Of a DNA stretch of 64,000 nt, positions 17,950 to 27,270 are shown piece by piece. Location: positions 1 to 64,000 of IMG/VR virus record IMGVR_UViG_3300037471_001511, one strand, 5' to 3'. The position numbers were made by a program, and so were the translations under genes. Each line of letters begins with the position of its first letter. Positions within the stretch are counted from its first letter, which is position 1. The notes under the pieces were generated by a model. It was not told the origin of the DNA. It saw nothing but the letters and a program-made list of their open reading frames with translations, and made no database searches. The DNA is from a virus. Taxonomy: Duplodnaviria; Heunggongvirae; Uroviricota; Caudoviricetes.

Positions 17950-18515
17950 CATCGGCGATACCCCAACTTGACCTGTCGCATCGGCCGGGTGCCGCGGCCG
18001 GGCATGTCGTGGCTGGGGATCGCCACCTGCGCGCCGACGAACAACTGCGGGTACTGGGCGCGACTGTAGGTTTTCCCGGCCGGGGAAAAAATGGTGTGTC
18101 CTTCGGTTCCGCCGCCGACCACGACGATGGCCTTCAGGTCGATGGCGAGATTGCGCAAGCCCCGCTGCTGGGCCTTCCACGCGTCGGGCCGTTTCGGATC
18201 GACGTGGACCGTGAGCACCATCGGCGAGCCGTGCGGGTCGGACACGGCGACCACGAAGCCCACCTTCATCGGGTGCCACGCGTCGGGAATGTACTGGGTA
18301 GCCCGCCACAGGCAGTAGAACTCCTGACACGACTTGGGCCGCTCGGCGTACTTGGTGCAGCCGCAGCCCAGGCCCGGGGCCATCTGCAACGGGCAACGCA
18401 CGCCGGCCGGCTTGTCGGGCATCTCGTTGACGCCCAGCGCCTCGCAGCACAGGTCGCAGCCGCGGCACGACCGGCCGTTGGCTTCGATCTGGGCGATGAT
18501 GGCGTCGAAGTTCAT
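17949..18515 (-). CDS. Cys-rich protein with CRGCDLCC motif (YkgJ/UPF0153-like zinc/iron-binding)
   Basis: CRGCDLCC...C...CGC...C...C; the 18-bp palindrome copy at 18071 lies inside this ORF and encodes FSPAGK. Confidence 0.5.
   Translation of the reverse strand: MNFDAIIAQIEANGRSCRGCDLCCEALGVNEMPDKPAGVRCPLQMAPGLGCGCTKYAERPKSCQEFYCLWRATQYIPDAWHPMKVGFVVAVSDPHGSPMVLTVHVDPKRPDAWKAQQRGLRNLAIDLKAIVVVGGGTEGHTIFSPAGKTYSRAQYPQLFVGAQVAIPSHDMPGRGTRPMRQVKLGYRR
18071..18090. repeat. near-perfect copy of the TTTCCCCGGCCGGGGAAA palindrome (TTTTCCCGGCCGGGGAAAA)
   Basis: lies within a coding region, unlike the other four copies. Confidence 0.4.
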
Positions 18516-18805
18516 GACGCCCGCCGATGCTCCCGTTCGGACAGCGCCCGCATCAGCTCGCCCGTGGTGCGGCCCATCTCGAGCAGCAGCATGTTGGGGT
18601 TCTGGATCACCGTATCGAAATCGAGCGACGTGGTGAGCGCCCCCACGACACCGCCGTCGGCGCCCATCCGGCAGCAGACGACCTTGAACCCCTCCGGCTC
18701 AATCTCAAGCGTGGTCCGGTAGATGTTGCCGCCCTTGATCTGCGCTTCGCGCACGGCTGCGCCCAGGAACGCGTAGGCTTCGGCCACCGACGGTATGTGC
18801 GTCAC
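18512..18805 (-). CDS. hypothetical protein (GTG start)
   Basis: RBS GGGAAAGAAG upstream of GTG. Confidence 0.35.
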   Translation of the reverse strand: MTHIPSVAEAYAFLGAAVREAQIKGGNIYRTTLEIEPEGFKVVCCRMGADGGVVGALTTSLDFDTVIQNPNMLLLEMGRTTGELMRALSEREHRRAS

Positions 18806-19281
18806 TTCTTCTTTCCCTTCCCGAACAGCTCGTTCCACGTCTTTTCCGGATCGACCACCGGCGGAAACTCGACGCCGTCGTTGCGCGCCTTGGTGATCGC
18901 CGAGTAGACGGTGCCCACCTTGATGTTCAGCTCTCGGGCGATGTCGCCCGGCGGCATGCCCTCGATCCGAAGCTTGACCACCTGCGGCCACTTCACCTGC
19001 TCGCCGCCGTAGGTCCGCAGGTGTTCGTCCCCGAACTTCACCCCGAACTTCCGGGCCTGGGCGATCTCGGCCTTCACGGCTTGCAGCGACATGCCCTCGG
19101 CCTCGGCGATCCCTTCCGGGGTTTCGCCCCGCAGCCGCCGTTCGACGATCCGCGCCCCGGGGCTCTCGCTCACGTAGCCAGCCTGCTCGAGCGCGCCCTG
19201 CATCACCGCCTGACAGTTCGGCAGGTCGAGGAAGCGACGAACGAGGATCCAGAACTCCGCCTCGGTGAGGGGTTCGGTCAT
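18802..19281 (-). CDS. DNA-binding protein with two tandem sigma-70-region-4/GcrA-N-terminal-like HTH units
   Basis: GETPEGIAEAEGMSLQAVKAEIAQARKFG and GMPPGDIARELNIKVGTVYSAITKARNDG; basic C-terminal tail. Confidence 0.55.
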   Translation of the reverse strand: MTEPLTEAEFWILVRRFLDLPNCQAVMQGALEQAGYVSESPGARIVERRLRGETPEGIAEAEGMSLQAVKAEIAQARKFGVKFGDEHLRTYGGEQVKWPQVVKLRIEGMPPGDIARELNIKVGTVYSAITKARNDGVEFPPVVDPEKTWNELFGKGKKK

Positions 19282-19991
19282 GCGGCCTTCTTACGAACCT
19301 TGGGCAGCTTGCCGTGCTGGCGCATCCAGTAGATGTCGTTGTCGACCCGGTGCGGTTCGATTTTCAGCTCCTCGGCGATGGCTTTGTTGGTCATGCCGCG
19401 CAGGTGCAGCTTGCGGACCTCGGCGTGGCGGGCCTCGACCTCGGGGTCGCGTTTGTATGCCTTGCGCTGCGGCTTGGTGCCCTTCGCAAGGTACAGATAG
19501 TTGGCCACCTGCTTGCGGGTGACGCCCCCGCCCAGCGCCTTGGCGATGGCCCCCGGCTTCTGGCCGAGGTCCATCAGCGTCTTGGCCCGGAGCTTCTGGT
19601 CCTCGGTCAGCCCCGTTTTGTTGGACGGCGGGAACGGGTCGTCGCCGCCGCCGCTCAGGATCTTGCGCGCCGCCCCGCCTCGTGGCGCGGGCGGGAACTT
19701 CACCCCTTCGTTCACCATGCGCGCCAGCAGTTTGTGGATGATCGTCGGATCGACGTTTTCGTTCCTGGCGATCTGGGCGGGGATCTCGCCGCGCCGTCGG
19801 CGCTCGAGCACGCGGCTCTCGAAGTCCTCAGGCAGCGGGGCTTCGATGGCGAGCGGCGCCGGCCCGGCGATGGCACGGACGTGGTCCAGCAGCGTGCGCC
19901 GCGCCATGCCCCGCAGGCTGGCCAGCGCGTCGATCCAGTCGGCAGCGTCGTCGCTGGCGATGAAGGCGGCAAGCGACTGAGGATTGATCAT
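19278..19991 (-). CDS. DNA-binding protein with three tandem GcrA-N-terminal-like HTH units (paralogue of the previous gene)
   Basis: GEIPAQIARNENVDPTIIHKLLARMVNEG, GQKPGAIAKALGGGVTRKQVANYLYLAKG, GMTNKAIAEELKIEPHRVDNDIYWMRQHG; resemblance to GcrA SQIAKQLGGVTRNAVIGKVHRLG is from memory. Confidence 0.55.
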   Translation of the reverse strand: MINPQSLAAFIASDDAADWIDALASLRGMARRTLLDHVRAIAGPAPLAIEAPLPEDFESRVLERRRRGEIPAQIARNENVDPTIIHKLLARMVNEGVKFPPAPRGGAARKILSGGGDDPFPPSNKTGLTEDQKLRAKTLMDLGQKPGAIAKALGGGVTRKQVANYLYLAKGTKPQRKAYKRDPEVEARHAEVRKLHLRGMTNKAIAEELKIEPHRVDNDIYWMRQHGKLPKVRKKAA

Positions 19992-20341
19992 TTCGGCAGC
20001 ATGTAGGGGTTGACGTTGCGGTCGGCGCCGTCAGACCAGATCTTGGTCCAGCCGATGGCGCGCATCACCATGGTCATGGTGTAGTTCTGCGGGCGCTTGG
20101 TGCCGCCGTGCAGCCACCCGAGGATGGCGTAGCGGCTGACCTTGTTGCCCATTTTCTCGGTCTCGCGCTCGATCCACTCCGGCGTCTTGCCGCTCTCTCG
20201 GATCGCCGCGGTGACAAATTCCAGCTCGGGATCCTTGTCCCAGGTAAATCGGCCGGCGACTTCGGTCTTCGTCCCGATCTGGCGCAGGTCGTTCGGCTTG
20301 CGCCGGGGACCGGCTGGGTGTTGGGCGACAACAGCAGGCAC
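19988..20341 (-). CDS. hypothetical protein (117 aa)
   Basis: stop overlaps the ATG of the downstream gene. Confidence 0.4.
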   Translation of the reverse strand: MPAVVAQHPAGPRRKPNDLRQIGTKTEVAGRFTWDKDPELEFVTAAIRESGKTPEWIERETEKMGNKVSRYAILGWLHGGTKRPQNYTMTMVMRAIGWTKIWSDGADRNVNPYMLPK

Positions 20342-20353
20342 GTTTCCCTCCTT

Positions 20354-20596
20354 CTACAGGAACCACGTTTCGACGATCACAGGGTCGTCTTCTGGCGCCC
20401 TGTTGATCTGGTTGCAGAACCCTTCGCCCACGATGCGCTCCCGCAGCTCGTCAAGCGACTTCGAGATCAGGACGACACCGGTCGGTCGCGGCTCCGGCAG
20501 CGCGAACCACAGTCGGGCCACGTAGCTGTCCGGGCAGTCCGCCGGCTTGTCCGTCACCACCCAGTGTGGAAGCCAGTTCGGGTCGATGTTCGTCAT
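20354..20596 (-). CDS. hypothetical protein (about 80 aa)
   Basis: internal ATG (MTNIDPNWLPHWVV...); upstream part of track ORF is Arg/Ser-rich. Confidence 0.35.
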   Translation of the reverse strand: MTNIDPNWLPHWVVTDKPADCPDSYVARLWFALPEPRPTGVVLISKSLDELRERIVGEGFCNQINRAPEDDPVIVETWFL

Positions 20597-20704
20597 GGGT
20601 TTCGTTCCACGGAGACGGCGCGCCGCAGCGGGCGCACTCGGCCGAGAATGGCTGGTCCGTCTCGACGTCCCAAGCGTGGCCGACAAGTTTGCACCACAGA
20701 CGGA

Positions 20705-21016
20705 TCACAGGTCGGGCCTCTTAATCCCGCCCGGCGGTCGACGGATGATCGCGACGAGGAAGATGACGGTCAGCACCAGCATCAGGATGTTGGGCGCCGC
20801 GACCCATACAGGTTTGTGACCAGCGATGTTGCGCCCAAGCTCGCCGAGGTAGTTGCCGAGGACGGCCCCCCATCCCCCCAGCGCCATCGCCCGGAAGAAC
20901 TGGACGTCGCGGATCGCCAGGTCCATTACCCGTTCGAAGCGGGCAAACAGTTCTTCAATTGCTGTCGGCGCCCACGGCCCCCGCGCGCGTGGGTTCAGGT
21001 CGGGGAGGGTGTTCAC
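20705..21016 (-). CDS. membrane protein (C-terminal TM), co-transcribed with repressor
   Basis: NILMLVLTVIFLVAII TM segment; 4-bp overlap with repressor stop. Confidence 0.5.
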   Translation of the reverse strand: MNTLPDLNPRARGPWAPTAIEELFARFERVMDLAIRDVQFFRAMALGGWGAVLGNYLGELGRNIAGHKPVWVAAPNILMLVLTVIFLVAIIRRPPGGIKRPDL

Positions 21017-21645
21017 GCGACCTTCTCCACGAGGTAGCCGCTCCCGGTCGTCCGCACGGCGAGTCGTCCGGCCCCCACGCTGGCGGCCATCGACTTGACG
21101 GCCTGCGGCGAGCTGAAGATCCCGAACGGGAAGGTGATCTTCTCACCGGTGGATTTTTCGAGCAGCGATTCCATCTGCAGCCGCTCGGGCGACTTCTGCC
21201 GCCCGGTCTGCCGCGGCTGCACGGCGACGGTGACGGCGTCCTCACGGATCGGCGGCAGGTCGTTCCTGCAGCGAAGCTGACTGGCGCCTACGGCGAGATC
21301 CCTGATCAGCTTGCGCTGGGCCGGATGCAGTTCGAGCAGGGCGGTGACGATCTCATGACCGTAGTCGACCGCGAGCAGCTGCTCGAGCGGCGAGGAGGGC
21401 ATCTCGTACCCGGCCTCCAAGCCCTCGAAGAAGTAGGAAATGGGGACCTGCAGCTTCTTCGCCGCCATCATCAGGCTCGACGAGGAAACCCGGTTGGTGC
21501 CTTTCTCGTACTTCTGAACCTGCTGGAACGTGACCTCCATCGCGGTGGCCAGTTCCGATTGGGACACTCCGATCTGCTTGCGACGCGATCGGATACGAGT
21601 ACCCACGTAAACGTCGACTTCGTGCAAACCACTACCCCCGGTCAC
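21013..21645 (-). CDS. XRE-family HTH transcriptional regulator, candidate phage repressor (GTG start)
   Basis: IRSRRKQIGVSQSELATAMEVTFQQVQKYEKGTNRVSSSSLMMAAKKLQVPISYF is a classic XRE/Cro-CI HTH; about 110-aa C-terminal extension of unclear type. Confidence 0.7.
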   Translation of the reverse strand: MTGGSGLHEVDVYVGTRIRSRRKQIGVSQSELATAMEVTFQQVQKYEKGTNRVSSSSLMMAAKKLQVPISYFFEGLEAGYEMPSSPLEQLLAVDYGHEIVTALLELHPAQRKLIRDLAVGASQLRCRNDLPPIREDAVTVAVQPRQTGRQKSPERLQMESLLEKSTGEKITFPFGIFSSPQAVKSMAASVGAGRLAVRTTGSGYLVEKVA

Positions 21646-21797
21646 ATGTACCCGCGACGGTAGTAGCGTCGTTTCAGGGTTGTAAAGCCCCCTTGCGACG
21701 GCTGCGGCAAGAAATCACGATTTTTCACGATGAATGTTCGGTGAAAGACGATCACCTGAAAGAAATCGTGGGCCGGTGAACACGTTCGCTCATGAAC
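21646..21797. promoter_or_regulatory. AT-richer promoter/operator region with TCACGAT-type repeats upstream of the repressor gene
   Basis: AAATCACGAT-ttt-TCACGATG ... ACGATCAC ... AAATCGTG (21711-21772). Confidence 0.45.
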
Positions 21798-24434
21798 TCA
21801 TGTGTCGGTGGCGATGCTCGGAATAGCAACGCCGTTGATGCGCAGCGAATCGTTGGCCGGGATCGTCGTCGAATTGCGGCCGACGCGCTTGAGGTTCTGC
21901 GGCGTGTTGCCGCCCACCGCGGCCTGACCGGACTGGTCGAGCAGCCAGCGCTGCACCCAGATGTCACCGTAATTGAAATCGGTGCCGGTGTTCGTGTCCA
22001 TATAGAGCGCGTGGGTGGCCCAGTTGTTGGGCTTGAAGTTGTTGGCCGACTGGTTGTGCGTGCCGGCCACCACCCGGCAGTTGTTCATCACCACGTCGTT
22101 GACCTGGCCGACGAACCGGAAGGCCGCTCGGATGGTGGGGTGAGTCGCGCCCGAAACCACCGAGGTGTCCTGGAAGGTCATGCAGGCCGTGTCGTCGGCG
22201 GTGCAGCCGACCAGGTTCAGGGTGTGCATGTACTTCGAGTTGGCGATCACCCAGTTGTCGCCCATCGACTCCTGCCCGTGGCAGGCGATGAAGTCGGTGC
22301 GCCCGGCGCCCTCGAGCACCCAGTTGGCGTAGCGGTCCGACGTGCCGGGATCCGGCGGCGAGCCGGAGGTCGCCGACTTGCCGTTGAAGAACGACTTGCA
22401 GTTGGCGAAGCGGCACGAGGCGGTGGAGACGTAGAAGCCCGACTTGCTCGAGCCGCCCGCGTTCACACGGTCCAGGCTTAGGTCGAAGGAGTTGATTTCC
22501 ACGCCGCGCAGGGCCGAGTTGTAGATGCCGATGTCGCCGAACATCGACTCGCCGCGCAGCCAGTTGTAGGTCAGGCCGTTGCCGGCGATGTCCCACATGT
22601 GGATGTGGTGGAACCGCGTGTAGGTGTCGACGTAGTCGCCGACCTGCGGGAAGAACACCGAGCCCGCAGTGTCCTTGCTGGTGTCGAAGTAGATGCCGTG
22701 GACGAACGGTCCCGCGCCGCTGCCGCCGATGAAGTGCTTCTTGCCGTCCAGCCCGAAGCCGAACAGATGCAGGAACAGCGACGTGACGGAGTCGTAGCCG
22801 CTGGCCGGGCTCACATCCATCATGTTGATCATGGCGTCCCAGCGGCCGGCCTTGGAGCCGCCGGAGCCCGACGTGTCGGTCGCGCTGCTGGTCTTGTAGT
22901 TGCCCGGACGCGCCCACAGCTGGCACTGCAGCGGACCGTAGCCCATCAGCGCCACGCCCTGCGGGATCTTCAGCGGACCAGTCAGGTAGTTGCCGGGCGG
23001 TAGGACCACCACCGAGCTGGCGCGGGTGCGCGCCGAGGTGCCCTGCTTCTTCGCCGCGTTCAGCGCCGCCTGGATGGCGGCGGTGTCGTCGTGGCCCCAC
23101 AGCGCGCGACTGGCCGCCTGCGACGAGCCGGAGGCGGTGGTCAGGGTGACTTGGGTGGCGCTGTCGACCGAGCCGATGACCCGCGGGTTGAAAGTGCCGC
23201 CCACCGAGGCGAACCAGATGGTGGCCCCGACGTGCTCGGGCCGGAACGGACCGGACGCGGCGGTGACCGTCGTCGAGCCCGAGTTACAGACCACGTCGTG
23301 CGCTTCCTGGGCCGCACCCTTGGCGCCGTAGAGCAGCACGTTGAACGTGCGGCCGGTCATGGCCCGGGCCTTCTCGCCGAACGTCACGGCCTTCCACTCG
23401 CCCGACTGCCAGATCAGGTCGCCGTCGCCGTCCACCAGCTGGGAGTTGCTGTGGTTGAGGCCGGTGTAGGGCGTCATGCCGCCCCCACCCCCGCCGGCCG
23501 GCACCGTCCAGTTTCCCGTGCCGTTCAGGAACTTGGTGGCGTCGTTCGGGTAGGCCAGCAGCTTCGACGCGTGGGTGACGAAGGTGACCGCCGTGGTCCC
23601 CAGCGTGCCGCTCGAGGCGTCGTTGGTGCAGTAGAAGAACTTGTCGCCGTTGGTCGTGCCTTCCTGCACCTCGACGATGCACCCGGCCAGCTCGCCCCAG
23701 CTGTCCGCCTCCGGCGCGCGGGTCAGGGCGGCGCTCGACCCGTTGAACTTGTACACGCCGTTCTGCGACCCGGTGGTCTGCGACATCAGCAGCAGGTAGT
23801 CGCCGCTGGTCAGGGTCACGCCGTCGAAGATGGCCGCGCCAGGGTTGGTGACAGTGACGTTGCCGGTGGCCGCGGCCCGTGCCTTGACCGTCGTGGATGA
23901 CAGCGAGGTGCCGCCGGCGCCTGCGGCCTTGAGGTCGATCTTCCCGGTGGCGTCGTTGTAGGTGATGGTCACCGAGCTGTCGCTCGAGGTGAGCATCGCC
24001 GCAACGGTGTCCTGGATGAACTCGGCCGAGACGGTCAGATTGTAGGTGCCGCCGTTGTCGTCGTAGCTCAGCCCGACCGAGCCGTCGCTCGAGGTCAGCA
24101 TCGCGCCGACGATGTCCTGCACCGCCTCGGGCACCAGGCTGAGGTCCAGCACGTTGGCGGCGTCGTTGTAGGTCACCGCGACCGTGCCGCCGCTCGACAC
24201 CACGAACGCGCCGACGATGTCTTGGATCTGCTCGGTGGTGAGCGAGCTGCCGCCGCCGCTCGGCATGTCGCCGACGGTGTACGTGCCCCAGCCGTCGCCG
24301 GCCCGGTAGATGATCAGCTTGTCGGTCAGCTCGGCCGGGGCCAGGCTGCTGTAGCTGTTGATGTCGGTGGGCAGACCGCCGCTGCCGCTCAGCGTGGTCG
24401 AGCCGCCACCGGTGGGACCGAGGTTCACAGGCAT
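21798..24434 (-). CDS. tail fibre/tailspike with probable polysaccharide-depolymerase (beta-helix) domain
   Basis: N-terminal triple repeat (VAVTYNDAANVLDLSL, VGLSYDDNGGTYNLTV, VTITYNDATGKIDLKA); long Gly/Thr/Asn-rich beta-helix-like C-terminal part. Confidence 0.65.
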   Translation of the reverse strand: MPVNLGPTGGGSTTLSGSGGLPTDINSYSSLAPAELTDKLIIYRAGDGWGTYTVGDMPSGGGSSLTTEQIQDIVGAFVVSSGGTVAVTYNDAANVLDLSLVPEAVQDIVGAMLTSSDGSVGLSYDDNGGTYNLTVSAEFIQDTVAAMLTSSDSSVTITYNDATGKIDLKAAGAGGTSLSSTTVKARAAATGNVTVTNPGAAIFDGVTLTSGDYLLLMSQTTGSQNGVYKFNGSSAALTRAPEADSWGELAGCIVEVQEGTTNGDKFFYCTNDASSGTLGTTAVTFVTHASKLLAYPNDATKFLNGTGNWTVPAGGGGGGMTPYTGLNHSNSQLVDGDGDLIWQSGEWKAVTFGEKARAMTGRTFNVLLYGAKGAAQEAHDVVCNSGSTTVTAASGPFRPEHVGATIWFASVGGTFNPRVIGSVDSATQVTLTTASGSSQAASRALWGHDDTAAIQAALNAAKKQGTSARTRASSVVVLPPGNYLTGPLKIPQGVALMGYGPLQCQLWARPGNYKTSSATDTSGSGGSKAGRWDAMINMMDVSPASGYDSVTSLFLHLFGFGLDGKKHFIGGSGAGPFVHGIYFDTSKDTAGSVFFPQVGDYVDTYTRFHHIHMWDIAGNGLTYNWLRGESMFGDIGIYNSALRGVEINSFDLSLDRVNAGGSSKSGFYVSTASCRFANCKSFFNGKSATSGSPPDPGTSDRYANWVLEGAGRTDFIACHGQESMGDNWVIANSKYMHTLNLVGCTADDTACMTFQDTSVVSGATHPTIRAAFRFVGQVNDVVMNNCRVVAGTHNQSANNFKPNNWATHALYMDTNTGTDFNYGDIWVQRWLLDQSGQAAVGGNTPQNLKRVGRNSTTIPANDSLRINGVAIPSIATDT

Positions 24435-24862
24435 CAGCGGCTCCGATACGGCACGATGTTGACGGTGACGCTGCCGCTGGCCGACTTGAACTTGACGACG
24501 GCTCCCTCCTCGACCGGGAAGTTCTCAGGCCCCATCACGTAACCGGCGGCGCCGCTGGCGTCGCTGGTCGCCTTCCCGTCGGTGCGGATCCACAGCGAGC
24601 CGCCGATCGGCACCAAGCGGATGTAGCGACACGCGGCCGGGACCGTGTACGAGGCGTCCGCCGTCTCGTCGACGAAAACGTTCCGCGCGAAGTTGAAGTC
24701 GAGTAGAGGATCCTCCGCCGGGTGGAACGCGCGAGGGTCGATAGGAAGTCCCGTCTCGGGATCGGTCGCCAAGTGCATCGGCGCGTAGATCGGCACGCCG
24801 TCGTCCGCGACTTGTACAGCCGCGTAGTCGAACTGCGTCTTCCGCTCGATGGGATTGACCAT
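24434..24862 (-). CDS. hypothetical tail-associated protein (142 aa)
   Basis: first gene of the leftward tail-fibre operon; ATGA overlap with tail fibre. Confidence 0.45.
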   Translation of the reverse strand: MVNPIERKTQFDYAAVQVADDGVPIYAPMHLATDPETGLPIDPRAFHPAEDPLLDFNFARNVFVDETADASYTVPAACRYIRLVPIGGSLWIRTDGKATSDASGAAGYVMGPENFPVEEGAVVKFKSASGSVTVNIVPYRSR

Positions 24863-25067
24863 GGCGCACCTGGCATACGGCCGAGCAGCCGTAACATCGG
24901 GGTGCCCTTGACCCGGCGATTATCTTTGATGATCTAATGGAAGCGGACCCGCCCTACCCAGCATTGGGCAGGCGGGTCCGGGGGTCTCTCGACGCCGTGA
25001 CTAGACGGGGTCGAAGGATCGCTCTTATGGTGAAGACCGTCCCTCAGGCAACGGGGACGTGCGATCC

Positions 25068-25104
25068 GGTTCCAGCGGAACAGTTTCTTAGTTCCACTGG
25101 AACC
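25068..25104. promoter_or_regulatory. tandem motif copies GGTTCCAGCGGAAC and GTTCCACTGGAACC
   Basis: two copies 10 bp apart in the 310-bp gap upstream of the tail-fibre operon. Confidence 0.5.
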
Positions 25105-25172
25105 GGACAGTTCGTTGATCGGCGCTGATCAACGCAGGTGTATGTACGAGTCGGCCACGGGGTTGTGGCTCT

Positions 25173-25907
25173 CTACTCCTGACACGAACTCGGGGCGGAT
25201 CCGCAAAGGTCCGCCCTCTCTTTTAAGGCCCGGAAGGCCTTCACCCACCGTCGGCACAGGTCGCTGCGGACCACGTCCTCTTCGGTGAATTTGGTCACTG
25301 CGTGAGGGATGTCCTCCGCCCACGCCATCTGCAGCAACGTCGCAAGCACCCGTTCATCGGGAACGCGGTCGGACTGGTCGGGATCGCCTTCGATCACCAG
25401 ACGCGTGCCCGGTCCGTGCCTGGTCAGGACAGCCTCGGCCTGTTTCAACGACAGGTTTTGGGCTTCCGACACATGCACCAGAGCGTTGCTAAATGTCCTC
25501 CCTCGAATGTGAGCGATGGTGCAAAACTCGATGCGCTGTTGGTCTAACCAATTTCGAGTCCTGTCAACACCAGCGATCAAACGCACTTCCTGCAGCACCG
25601 GTTTCATCCATGGCTCAGTTTTTTGGTTTAGCGAGCCAGGCAGGTATCCCATCTCCTCGTCGTCCACCGCTATTGTTGGCCGGACGATGATGTACTTCTC
25701 GATCCCGCGCAGCGGATCTTCATCGTATTCGAGTAGACCTGCAACCGCTCTGTGCGCCGTTACATAGGTCTTGCCGGTCCCGGCGGGGCCGATCGCGAAG
25801 ACGAGGTCCGCAGAATTCAACTGCTCATGATAGCGTTGCTGGTTGGGCCGGCGGGCGCGAAAGGGCGGCAGCGGCTGGGGATCTGCCTTCTTCTTGCGCT
25901 GGGTCAA
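25173..25907 (-). CDS. phoH: PhoH-like ATPase
   Basis: Walker A VFAIGPAGTGKTY and PhoH-family core. Confidence 0.8.
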   Translation of the reverse strand: MTQRKKKADPQPLPPFRARRPNQQRYHEQLNSADLVFAIGPAGTGKTYVTAHRAVAGLLEYDEDPLRGIEKYIIVRPTIAVDDEEMGYLPGSLNQKTEPWMKPVLQEVRLIAGVDRTRNWLDQQRIEFCTIAHIRGRTFSNALVHVSEAQNLSLKQAEAVLTRHGPGTRLVIEGDPDQSDRVPDERVLATLLQMAWAEDIPHAVTKFTEEDVVRSDLCRRWVKAFRALKERADLCGSAPSSCQE

Positions 25908-26226
25908 CGCAGGCTCCCTCGATTATTTTGTTGGCCGCGAGGATGGAACAGACGCTGCGCAGCTGCCGTTCGCAGCCACGGTAGGCCTCGACGGCCTTGC
26001 GGCCCCATGTCGCAATTTCGGCGTCTGTGGCGCCCGGTCCCCAGGTCTGTGGATAGTTCGCCGGGCAGCGAAATTCAGTGGCGGGCAGTTTGAACGGCGG
26101 TCCCGGCGCCGTCGGGGCAGTCACCCTGAAGGGAGCACAGCTGGCGACGAAGCTCGACGACAGCAGGAGAAGAAGCACACTGGCGGTCCTGCGCACGGCC
26201 GGCCTCCTGGATTTTCGCGATGTCAC
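25825..26226 (-). CDS. outer-membrane lipoprotein, candidate o-spanin
   Basis: signal plus lipobox LLLLLSSSFVASC, Pro-rich mature part; start embedded in the i-spanin gene in another frame; 3' end overlaps phoH. Confidence 0.5.
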   Translation of the reverse strand: MTSRKSRRPAVRRTASVLLLLLSSSFVASCAPFRVTAPTAPGPPFKLPATEFRCPANYPQTWGPGATDAEIATWGRKAVEAYRGCERQLRSVCSILAANKIIEGACVDPAQEEGRSPAAAALSRPPAQPATLS

Positions 26227-26497
26227 GGTCCAGCCGGGCGCGGTGGACCTGTTCCGCTTGGTTGTTCTTGGAGATCGCGGTGGTGACGTCGGTCTGGACG
26301 TCGACTTTTTTCTGCAACTGGGCGTCGCTCCACGCCTTGGCCGCGTCGCGGATCCGGGCCGGGCAGGCGCCGTAGGAGCCGTGGGTCTGGATGTCCCGGG
26401 CGCAGCGGTCGACGTCGAACCAGTTCTTGGCGGACACGAAGGCCAGTGCGCCGCCCAGGACGGCGATGACGACCAGCAGGATGCGGATCACCCCTGC
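26075..26497 (-). CDS. candidate i-spanin (N-terminal TM plus periplasmic coiled region), GTG start overlapping endolysin stop
   Basis: VIRILLVVIAVLGGALAFV TM then charged/coiled region; GTGA overlap with endolysin stop. Confidence 0.45.
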   Translation of the reverse strand, partial: AGVIRILLVVIAVLGGALAFVSAKNWFDVDRCARDIQTHGSYGACPARIRDAAKAWSDAQLQKKVDVQTDVTTAISKNNQAEQVHRARLDRDIAKIQEAGRAQDRQCASSPAVVELRRQLCSLQGDCPDGAGTAVQTARH

Positions 26498-27270
26498 GCC
26501 CTCCGGATCTCGATCACCCGCTTGAGGAGCAGCGCGAGGGCCAGCAGGGTGACCGCGACGCTCGCCGCGGTGACCGCTGGCGCCCAGTCGATGCTGTCCT
26601 TGAACTGACCCAGCGCGTCCTTGATCTGGCCCAGCACGGTGATGGACCCGAGCCCCCCGGCGCCGAGCAGCCCCCACACGTCGGCGCTCTTGTGAACGGC
26701 CTTGTCCTCCGCGACGAGCGGCGCCGCTTCGACGTTGCAGGCGGCGGGTGCGAGTTTCGGGGCCGGTTTGGGCGGATCCTCGACGTGGTCGCACCACATG
26801 TGCGCCTCGGCCTGCCGGCGCCGCTGCAGGCCCGGCACCACCTTGCCGCCGTCGCGGCACCAGCGCAGGAACTGCTGCGTGATCTCCGCGTCGGACGCTC
26901 CGGCGTTGACCAGCTTCACCAGCGTCGACTTGGCGAACGCGGCGTTGCCGATGTTGTAGGCCAAGCTCACGCAGGCGTCGTACTGGTGCTGCCCGACAGG
27001 AACCTTCAGCGCCGCACGCACGGCCGGCTCGACCTTGGCCAGATCGTCCCGCAGCAGCTGCTCGGCGGTCTCCTTGGTGATCGACCGGCCGATCACGACG
27101 TCCGGCCCGGTGTGGCCGTAGCCGATCGTCAGCACCCCGATGGGTACGTCGCTCAGCTTGAGCACCTTCTTGGGCTGGCGGTCGTCGTAGGTGCGGCTGC
27201 GGAACTCTTCCCAGCCCGCGATGAACTTCACGCCTTCCGGCGAGATCTGCATGTCGGCCATCAGCCCCAT
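26488..27270 (-). CDS. endolysin, GH24 T4-lysozyme-like, with C-terminal hydrophobic extension
   Basis: ISPEGVKFIAGWEEF...D...LTIGYGHTG (E/D/T catalytic triad pattern of T4 lysozyme); C-terminal AVTAASVAVTLLALALLL. Confidence 0.75.
   Translation of the reverse strand: MGLMADMQISPEGVKFIAGWEEFRSRTYDDRQPKKVLKLSDVPIGVLTIGYGHTGPDVVIGRSITKETAEQLLRDDLAKVEPAVRAALKVPVGQHQYDACVSLAYNIGNAAFAKSTLVKLVNAGASDAEITQQFLRWCRDGGKVVPGLQRRRQAEAHMWCDHVEDPPKPAPKLAPAACNVEAAPLVAEDKAVHKSADVWGLLGAGGLGSITVLGQIKDALGQFKDSIDWAPAVTAASVAVTLLALALLLKRVIEIRRAQG

Noticed and set aside
18071-18090. Treating the fifth palindrome copy as an intergenic regulatory element
   Set aside because: It lies inside the high-GC3 reading frame of the Cys-rich protein, where it encodes FSPAGK, so it is probably coding.
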